Assembly: GCA_010093705.1 (NCBI GenBank)
Contig: MU006101.1
Span: 605,673-669,672 of the forward strand
From: Patellaria atrata CBS 101060
Taxonomy: Eukaryota
Length of the DNA stretch: 64,000 bases
Reading direction: 5' to 3'
Part shown: positions 37,925 to 47,700 of the stretch, piece after piece
Position numbering within the stretch: the first letter of the stretch is position 1
Layout of the letters: the number at the start of each line of letters is the position of its first letter
Position numbers and translations under genes: made by a program
Notes under the pieces: generated by a model
Told to the model about the DNA's origin: nothing
Seen by the model: the letters and a program-made list of their open reading frames with translations, nothing else
Database searches by the model: none

Positions 37925-38527
37925 GATGGTTGATGGATAGAGTATGGCGGTAGCACTTTATTATTCAAGGTGCCCGAGTTTAAGAAAGTTTTACAACAGT
38001 TTCGAGTATATACTCTAGCATTGGGCTGCCAAACAGGATATATAAATGAACGCATGGCTACTAACGAGGAGTAAATACTTCCCTCTCTTACTCAGTCTAA
38101 TGCGGGACATGAGTGAGGTGGGGTTAGAGTTTATCCCACTATACCTTGCACCGTGCCTAAAGTAGTAATATAACCGGGGTGTCACCATTACGTCTGCCCT
38201 TTTGGCACGTGTAAAAGTGACTAGTGTATATATTTAGTGTTAACTGAATAGTTCATTTGGTACAACCTTATCTCATGTATTTCAGGTAAATATCATCAGT
38301 AGTACATTACAGTACACTAAAGAATACTCAACGCCCCAGCCTTTCATAGATCTTATCCTGATACTTCACCTTAGTAACGAAGCATAATGTTATGAAGAAA
38401 ACATATCGTCCCAACCTGACTCTTTAGCTAGGGATATATATATCCAATTCCGAATAATAGCCGTATTTGGTGGAGATAGGGCGTGATGCCAACGGTATAC
38501 GGCCCGAATTTGCGTACAGTAGGCAAG

Positions 38528-39678
38528 CTATATTTTCTTAGCCGCGGCTGCTCTTCTAGCTTTGATGGTCATATTGTAAAGAGCGTCCTTGAAGGCGAAA
38601 AGAAACGCGGCTGTTATAACGCTCTGGGTGACCTTTGGTCCAATTCCTAGCAGGATTAGAATGATCCTCGACAAAGGGTCATTGGAAATACCATACCTCC
38701 ATATAAACCACTCCATCCCTCTTCTTTCAAAATCTTGTTGAAACTTGTAATCATGTTATCCTTGGGTCCTTCCTTCCCTGCTACATGCATTCTGCTCTTG
38801 ACCGTAATATACGGATAAGTAATACTTGTCGCCAACAGCTTTCCCAATGCTCCTAGATAGAATGAATCTGTTGGAGTAGTTCTTCGTCTCTTCTCTAGGA
38901 AGTTCTTCATCTGCTCAAACAGTGTATATTGCAGAATGGGGTTTATAACGAGCACTAACGCAGGGACTACACCGGCGAAAAGCCTTGAGAATCCCTCTTC
39001 TCGGATGATAGCCAGTAATGTCCCGATTGTTGAAGGTGATTTAGCAGGCGTCGAACCTGGCAAGACCGCCTCCTTAGAGTCCGACTTGCGCGCAGTCATC
39101 CGAGTATTGACCACCCAGATAGGATTCGTTATCAAAACCGTGGCGCTGCCTGCAATCGCGCCGGCCATCATGGACTCGACAGTGGTAAGTTTCTTTGAAG
39201 CGCGTCCAGCCTTGATGGCCGCTTTCTCGAGTGCGGATCTGGTCCATTCGTACCCTAGATAATCAACGGATTAGCTGTAATAGCCGTATATAGAGGTGTG
39301 AGTAGTACAGTAGTAGTATACGAAGTTTGTGACACTGATACCGAAGAGAGCTGACTCAAGGCCGGCGTACAGTCCGGTGAACCCCTCTCTTTGAACTATC
39401 CGGCGCGCCGCATCGAGAGTTGAGGATTGTGCACGCTTCGATTCGACTTGAGCTCGTGTAGAAAGAGTAATCAGAGGGTATCTGGAGATAATTGTCAGCG
39501 TTATCCTCTCGTCTGAGACATAATCACATGCAACCTACGTCAACGCCATGGACAACAGCCCTCCTCCTGCACCAGCAAGGGCATGTGCGACATTATCACT
39601 TTGTTGTGCGGCAGTATTATGTGGCACGGTAGTTGTTGATTGCGCGAGATTCTCCTGGATCTTCTTTGCTTCCGCCAT
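38528..39678 (-). CDS. Peroxisomal PMP47/PMP34-type mitochondrial-carrier-family transporter, multi-exon
   Basis: DNVAHALAGAGGGLLSMALTYPLITLSTRAQ; ITNPIWVVNTRM; LVINPILQY; TYPYITVKSRM; GIGPKVTQSV: three carrier repeats of the SLC25A17 type. Confidence 0.9.
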
Positions 39679-40415
39679 GATGTGAAGCTTGGGTTGTGAT
39701 ACTGATGATGTAGGTCCAGGAGGGGTGTAGCAAAGCAGTAACAGGGGAGCGCAGCAGGATAAAGAGACGAAGGTTGTCGATGATGTAATGCTAAACGGGG
39801 GGCACGTTATCTGAAGGAGGTTATAGAAGTTTTATTTAAAATAAGAATAGGGATAATGAAGACGAGCTATATGGAGTTTATTAGATGAGCTCTGAGGTGG
39901 TGGTGCTTCCGCGGCCTCATTGTCCCGTAAACCTCGGCATAGTTTGATTGCCGCATTGGGTTAGGTGAAGAGTTAAAGCATCAGAAGCAGAGGGGTCATG
40001 GACTGACATGTGCTGCACAGTACAATTTTCCCCGATAGTTGAAACCTTTGTGTGGATTAGCGGAACTATACAAGCAATTATGATCGGTAGCATTCATCGA
40101 AAGGGTCCATACCGGCCCCTACCCAACTATATCACCAGAAGGAACAATACAAAGTAGAAGGACTTAGTAGTCCAATTCGGGATATCAAGCCTATACTATT
40201 ACACAACTCATGGCTACGCAAGAGGCATCACCTATCCGCCCGCCGCTCAGCACGCTTTTCCGAAGACCTTTCGCCGGAAAAATGTAAGACCAAAGCGTAC
40301 AAATACAAGCATGTCTTCCCGTCCAATGGTTGTGATAAATCATCACCATGGCACAAAGGAGATTTACCATCCGTAGACCTCATTGATTCCTGATTCATTT
40401 ATGCGTATCATCTCT

Positions 40416-42478
40416 TCACGCGTTTTCCATATTTTGGCCACCGCGACCTCTGGGTGCAAAGCCTCCTCGATGACCTCTAAACGGCCCACGCCCCCTGCCG
40501 AATCCGCGTCCCCTTCCGCGTCCACGGTGTCCGCCGTGGTAACTATCCACATTGCTTTGTCCAAAGGTCTCAAGATTTTTCTTCCGCTCTTCGGCCCTGA
40601 ACTCAGAGCCTCCCAGCTTAGCATCTTCCCTGTCTTTGAGTTCACTCGAGATGTTATCGAAGAACGAGGTAGACTTGTTGTAAGTAGCGGTTGAAGAGCC
40701 CGGGATGACAACATCCTCCTTAGAATCCCCGCCATTTATATAGCAGGTTTCTCCATTGAGGCCGTTAGCAGGTGTTTCAGTAACAGGAGAACCCGTAGCA
40801 ATCGCCTCCTTGACAAGATCTTGCTTGTTGAACTTCGCATTCGCGGACTGGAAATCGAAATCGGTTTCTGGGACCTCCACTTTAGCTGAATGATGGTCTC
40901 GTCCGCTACCACGACGACCTCCACGGCCACGGTGGTCGCCACGATGGTCACCACGATATCCCCCAGCTCCGTATCCACCTCTTGCTTGGCGAATTTGGTC
41001 ATTAGTGCGCATTTCATTCACCTTCTTTGTAAGATTATCGATTGCACCGTCGTTCGTTGTCACCTTCTGTGTTCCGGGAGCAGGTGGTAATTTCGCCATA
41101 GCGGCAGCAACAGCAGCAGTTGCTGCTTGAGTAGCATTCTGATACTGAACTGTAGGATTAACAGTCGCTTGAGTAGGTTGAGAACTACTTGCAGCGCCCG
41201 TCGCGGTTTTGGGCTTCATTATCATGCCCGAAAGAGGAACTGCAGGTACAACCCGTCCAGACTTAGGCCCTGTGGGCGCTGCATTCGCTGCATTTGAGGG
41301 TTGGTTCTGTGGGGAAGCCACGGGGGCTGGGGGAGCAAGAGCTACAGCAGGATCAGGCTTCGATTCCAGGGGAGGAGGAGGAGCCTGTGCTGATACTACG
41401 GGTGTTGGAGTTGAGGTCTTGCTAATTGGCTTTGTGTCTGTAGATTTCTTGGGCGCCTCCCCATCTGGCGTCTTCTTTTCATTATCCCCCTTCTCCTTGT
41501 TCGCAGTGGGACCAATTGGAATAGGCTTCGTATCGCGCTGGTTCTGTTGAACTGCGCCTTGTCCAGGAGGACCGATAGGGCCCTGATTACCCTGTGCTGA
41601 GAAAGGACCCGGAGGGTGTGGGAATCCTTGACCAGGGGGTGGGTACCAACCAGGAGGAGCACCATAGGGCATGCCGGGATAGGGAGGGAAAGGCCCAGGG
41701 CCTCCAGGAAAACCACCTGGTGGGCCAAAACGTTGACTGTGGAATGGAGGATACGGTGGTTGGAAAGGTGGAGGAGGGTATGGATGACCTTGAGGAGAAA
41801 ATTGTTGTGGGGGTGCCTGTCGATTCTGTTGCTGCGCTGAAGTAGATGTAGGCGGTGGGGGAGGTCGGGCGGCCTTTTGCAAATTTATAGTCAGCTATCG
41901 AAAGACTGTCGCGCGATGTAGTTGGGTACATAAATGAAAAGACTTAATCAGAAGGAAGGCAACGGAAATTTCCACATAGTTTTTGCGCCATCGGTATTGT
42001 TTTTACATCCAATATGTTTCATCATACAAGAATTAGGAGAGAGTAATGGTAATGAGCTTTGGAGTCTTACACCAAGAATCGCAGGGTCATTTGGCACAGG
42101 TGGCTGCGGCGGTTTATTCTCCTTTGGAGGTTCTTCGATTCTGAGATCTTTCACATCGCTTCCTCTGAAGACAATGTACTCATAAATGTTATCCGAAGCG
42201 GGAACCTCTTCGTCAGGTCGCCGACCTTCAGTACCGTGGGAGATGACATTTTCGAGCGCGACTGTGGATTTTTCTGAGTTGATCTCGTGAAGAGTCCCAA
42301 CATAACTGGAGATGGAAGTTAGTACTATTGGAGCTATTTATACTAAATTCTGGGTCATACCGTATATCGCTCTTTGAGATGAGCGATATGCGAGACCTGT
42401 TTGAAGCTCATTGTCAGCTTATTCGTCTCGTGCCTATTCGGAGTCGGTCGCAGTTACGGACCCTATGAACTCAGACAT
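40416..42478 (-). CDS. SCD6: Scd6/Lsm14 (Sum2) P-body protein, 4 exons
   Basis: MSEFIGSRISLISKSDIRYVGTL...YEYIVFRGSDVKDL LSm14 domain; DFDF (TDFDFQSANAKF), FFD (SFFDNIS) and TFG (NLETFG) boxes; RGG tail. Confidence 0.95.
41943..42030 (-). ncRNA. Box C/D snoRNA, snR52-like (predicted guide for 18S Am420-equivalent), in SCD6 intron 3
   Basis: Box C ATGATGA 42025-42019, box D CTGA 41951-41948; upstream guide TGCCTTCCTT is complementary to conserved 18S AAGGAAGGCA. Confidence 0.8.
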
Positions 42479-42877
42479 TGTGGCTGTAAGTCATGAGCTA
42501 TAAACGTAAGAAAGTGGATGCAGAAAAGTGAAGGGGAAAAGAAATAGAGTATAAGAAGCCGTGTTCAGAGGAATGACAATTGGTACGAAAGAGAACGTGA
42601 TGGAGGCTTGGAGTGGTCTTGTGGTGCCGCAAGTTGAAATGAAGTTGGGAGGAGCGCACGGTTCGGCTTGGCCAGACGTGATATGGAGGTTTGAGATTCG
42701 GAGCCTTATGAATCAACTTCCCTGATTCCATCACGCAGAACCCGCGCCAACTTAAATATCGTACACTCCCGCTTCTATAGAGTTGTGATACAAACCGTCC
42801 GGTCTCCATAAAGCACAATTCCATGTAGATTTGTGCAAACAAATTTAGAGCATCTGCGGCCCTGCATCTGAGTAAAC

Positions 42878-43510
42878 ATGGCCACCGAACCCCTCCCTGC
42901 AATGTCTCCTTCTGCGACGGTTTATGCCGAGGTGGATCAGTATCCGTGGGATACAGACGAAGATTTCCAAGGTGGATTGTCTGCGATACTAGGTTCTACA
43001 TCATCTCCAGAACAGGCAAATGAGCTTGCTCTTCGAGCTCGTTGTTTCTACTATTCCCGGTACGAACACTGATAGCATATTGGAAGAAGGTTATTGACTA
43101 ACAAGCCTAGGAAATTCGATACTCCAGTCGATTTTGATGCATATAAAGTTTACCGAGCCCAGCACTCCTCCGACGTCCTGTCGAAGGTCAATGGACCTGT
43201 GAACTCCCCGCCCCTGGCCAAACCCGCAGCTGATATCCCTGAGCCTCCCGTACTCTTGTCCGCGCATCAAACAACGTCAAATGCTCCTTCTGCCAACCCG
43301 CCAAGTAGCAATGATCCAGCCGCACCCTATCCCACCTCTTTTGCTCACATTGTGGACCTTATAACCACGGGTCGACCTATTCCCGGGATCAAGGAGATTG
43401 CTGACACCGTCCTCGAAGGTCAAGGAACTCAAAGCTCAAAGCCACTGAGGAAGAAACCATGGGAGAATACCGCCACTAGCGTTGATACCGCATCTCATAC
43501 TAAACCCTAA
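42878..43510 (+). CDS. PEX39: PEX39-like peroxin (DUF5572 + KPWE motif), 2 exons
   Basis: YPWDTDEDFQGGL...RARCFYYSR|KF...DFDAY; PYPTSFAHIVDLITTGRPIPGIKEI...RKKPWE; intron ~43060-43110. Confidence 0.8.
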
Positions 43511-43840
43511 AGAATTATCACCTTAAATTTGAGCTGTTGACGCTGTGCAGTTGACCTTCGCTTGTACAGTGCTCACTAGGTTCGCCGACGAACCCATATC
43601 AACTGGCTGGTAACACCTTCCCGGAGCTTTTGATTCCAGATATGAACCTTATACTAAAAACGAGGCGATAGTATTGTAGGTTGTGGTGATAGTATTTTAT
43701 GGGAGCCACATGTTTCGGAGATAGGTTGTAAAGTGGTTACGTCCGAGCCTTGGTCCCGCACCTGAGTCCAAGTGAAGAGTTGTATCGGTTGGTATGAACT
43801 CCAATTGCTCCATTCGTCTGCAATCGGATTTGGAGGTCAC

Positions 43841-44335
43841 TTACGCTGTGGGGAGAACAGCAAGTTCTATTTCTTCAGTACTTCCATCACGCTCCTCCGC
43901 TTCCCCAAGACCGAAACTCAGGTCCAGGGACATCGTTCTCGTCTTCACCCTGGGTGGATCTTTACCCTCCCGCTCTCCGGCATATGTGGACAGTACTCGG
44001 TCTTCCCAATCATCTACGTCCACGGATTGCTCCTGTGTAGTTATCGCCTCATGTGGGTCGGAAGGACGAGGTTCCATGATCCGCTCTTCATTGCATCTCC
44101 TACCGCACTCACACACGTGAATTCCGCTACCATCAGGAAGACCAGCAGCAATCTCGTCCAGTGTTTGACTCCGGGGTAGTTTATCCCACGACGGCGGCCG
44201 GATGTAGGCCATGCGAACGCATGTGGGTGTATAAAGCATCGAACAAGACCTCGAAGTTATATTCGATCCCCAGTTCACCCTCTTGCAGGTTGCGGCTTCG
44301 GTAGGTGTGACGGAACGCGACGAACAGCAACCCAT
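43841..44335 (-). CDS. Hypothetical small protein with MGCCSS lipidation motif
   Basis: 164-aa ORF from ATCA-ATG-G, TATA-like run ~44430; no recognisable domain. Confidence 0.35.
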   Translation of the reverse strand: MGCCSSRSVTPTEAATCKRVNWGSNITSRSCSMLYTPTCVRMAYIRPPSWDKLPRSQTLDEIAAGLPDGSGIHVCECGRRCNEERIMEPRPSDPHEAITTQEQSVDVDDWEDRVLSTYAGEREGKDPPRVKTRTMSLDLSFGLGEAEERDGSTEEIELAVLPTA

Positions 44336-44713
44336 TGATCGAAATTGTTAGTGTATGATGTGGCATGGGTGATAGATAATGTTTGGAGATATATATTTTT
44401 TCCGAGAATCTAAGATGTGTGATAGATATATATAGAACGTCCATTGTGATTTTAGCCGACTATCTTGAAAGTGGGACTAGTCAATATCGCGATTCTTGTT
44501 TCATAGTACGGTACCAGTATCTAGGTTAGCTCACCATCTCACTTGAAAAGTAACATTGGAAAATAATCATCAACGAATGTCATTATCATGAATCTAAGCT
44601 ACGAATGGCACCCAGTCAACTCCTCGCAGTGAAAACGCTTCAAAACGCGAAACACTAACCATACACCACCTACTCCTACCATAGTTCACTTCGTACCATC
44701 AAGCCCATCCATT

Positions 44714-47700
44714 TCAATACTGTCCCGCCCTCGCCATTACCCTATTAAAGTACGCCTGCGCGAAATGCTCTGCGTAAAAACTATGCTTTGGCCCATGATC
44801 CTTGATCAGATTATGCGCCAACTCGTGACAAAAATTCATATACCAATATGCCAAGGCCTCTTGTCTCTTCTCCTTGCGCCCCATGGTCCCTTCGAATGCT
44901 TGCACATGCTGCGTGACGAAGTAATGAAAGTTGAAGAACAGGGCGCCGCCGCTGTTGAACGCGATGGTGGATCCGCGGTCGTTGTAGAATATGTGCAGCG
45001 TCTTTGTTGGTAAGTCGAAGAGCGAACCGATGTCGAGGAGGAGCTTGGAGAAGGTGTTGAGTGCGGATTGGTACGCGGCAATATGAGCGTCCTGGAGAGG
45101 CAGGAGGTGTAGGGCGAGGAAGACTTTGATGCCGGATTCGGTGGTGGTGACTTGTTGGATGTTTTGGCCCGCGGCGGAGTCGCAGTAGGTTCCCCGGGCT
45201 TCCTCGACTTGCTTCTTCCAGGGCTTGCTGTGATGGTCGGGAGAGTTGTAAGAGCGGCATGCTTGGATGGCGGTCTGGAGGTTTTCGTGGTGCGCGCTGT
45301 AATTGTCTACGACATTGACCGGCGACTCGGGCCGACGTTTGAGTTCCTGAGTTCCCTCTGAGATGTTTTCATGTGAGTCTAGCCCAAGTCGTTTGGAGAG
45401 TTTGCTGAAGATAGTAGAGCCGCGACGTTGGCGAGTATTTGGCATTGGTTCAGGGGAATCGGGTCCAAAACCGCCGGGCATATTTTCTATACCTGTTTTT
45501 CTATCTGATATCGGAGTATGCATAACTTGCTGAACGTCTCTCTCGGGCGTTGGGGGAGCAGAAATTTGGTGTTGTGCTCTCTCCATTTCAGCCTTCTCAG
45601 CCCGCACCTTCTCGGTCTCTCTTACGCGTTGTTGCTCCCGCTCAGCAAGACGATGTTCGTGTTCCTTCAAACGTAAAATACGATCGACATTATACCCCTT
45701 TCGTTGCAGACGTCGAAGATCTGAGGTGAGAATGGTCTCAAGAGCAAGTGTATCCCGCTGCTTCGGTCGCTTAATCAAGATGGGAGCAAGTTCCTTGCTA
45801 ATATCGTACCAATCATAATCCTTTGTGATAGATAGAGTCATAGAGTTCATCAGAGCAGAGGCTGACTTTTTGAAATGCGCATTGGTACCCTTAAGCACAT
45901 ACCTGATAAGAATTGACCGCACCATAGTGACATTCATGTTCTGAGCTAGCCAACGATGATCTCGTGCAATGGCCTCTCGCGGGAACTCGTATAAAAAGAG
46001 CCTTGTGCGCTCAATAATATGTTTCTGTAAACGTTGCGCCTCACTCTGATCATTCAGGGGCTGCCCCGTGTTATGTTGGAACAGGACTTGAGATGAAAGT
46101 GATGTCGCTCCAATATCTGCATAGAAGGCCTCCAGTTCGTCACTAGTAGGTGCAATGAAAAGGTGTTCCCGAAAAGGTCCATAGAGCTCTATGGAATCTT
46201 GGATAGTGATCTCTGAAGCGCGTTTTAGATACCACAATCTTGTATCATCCTCTTCATAGTCCGCAAATTGGTCATCTTCGACGTCAGCAGAATTGATCTT
46301 CGAAGATTTACCTTTCTCGATCTGGAATGCGAGAAGACAGGGGGCCTGCTTCATTCTCTTCCATAATTCTTTACCAGCTCTACCATCATTCTTTACTCCA
46401 CTCCCACCTTCAGCTAGCTTGAAAAGCAAGGTTTGATATTTGTCACGACCTAGCGTGCCTAATACTTGCTCTGGTTGTTGAGTAATGATTTGCATCAAGT
46501 CCTTCACACCAGGTTCCAACTTGGCTCCATGAGTGAGCAGAAAAGCATTCGCGTCTTTACCGAAGTCTACGAAATCCAGAATGTCGCCATACGTCGAGGA
46601 ACTACCCAGAAAGCACATGTTCGGAGAAATGTGTTTGTAAGCTCGATCAGAACTATCATTCTTCATAGTGACTGGCACGAAGAATGCGGTAGATATCCTC
46701 TCCTGTTGCTTTTGATCGATTTCGGGCAATCGAGTGGCCATGTAACTAAATGCAGCCGCAGCTTGGGAATGATCATGAAAGGGTTGCTCAACGAGGCGTG
46801 CAACTATACTAAGGATCGGGGGATCTTTAGGAACACCAAAAAGTGTTGCGTCATCCTGATATGCTTGAGCTAGAACAGCAAAGCTAAAGACGGAAGCTCT
46901 AGGGTTACTGCATAGTTCGCTCGGAGCTTTCAGAACGGTCCACGGCTCGGATTCTGAAGGCAGAAAGCGCCATGTCTTGATCACTGACAAATCCGTAGTA
47001 GCATAGTGGCTAGAATACCAGTGACTTCTCCAATATTGTATCACTTTTCGGTATCCGTCGATATCTTTTCTCTTGGCGCAGTTCTGAAGCATTTCCACAA
47101 GGACAGAAACTTTTGGATAAGGGAGGAGGCCCAGACGTGAGAGAAACTTACCCTCCACCGACGTGGATCGGTATGGAAGAGGCCATTGCAAAGTTCGGAC
47201 TCCGAGTTGGATATTATCTTCAGTTGGCTCGTAGAGTTGAGATACTTTGAATAACTGGCTGGATTCAGCCTCTCCTCGGGCTTGACAAAACGGAGTCTCT
47301 TTCAATCTGCCGATGTCCTTCGCTGGAATATCATCCTTTATAGTCACTAGATATTTGATAAGTTCAATATGACTCCACTTTACCGCTGGCTCTTTCCCGT
47401 CTGGCGCAGATTGCGCCATAAGCCTATCGAAGATCACAGAGACTTCTACCACCTTACGCACTCCAAGAGCACCTAAGAATTTATCTTTGACGGCAGGAAG
47501 AACAACAACGGGAAGGTCATCAAAGAGCTTTACTGAGGGGAAATATGAATCGCTTGGTTTATACAATCCCATCTTCGTAGGCATAACCGTCAGAGGGGAG
47601 AGAATTTCCACAACTGAGGCTTTGGAGGACTGGCTTAGGGATTCCCATTGTTTTGAAATGATTGCAAGCACGCGGCTAGCGAATTCGGGTGAACTAGTTA

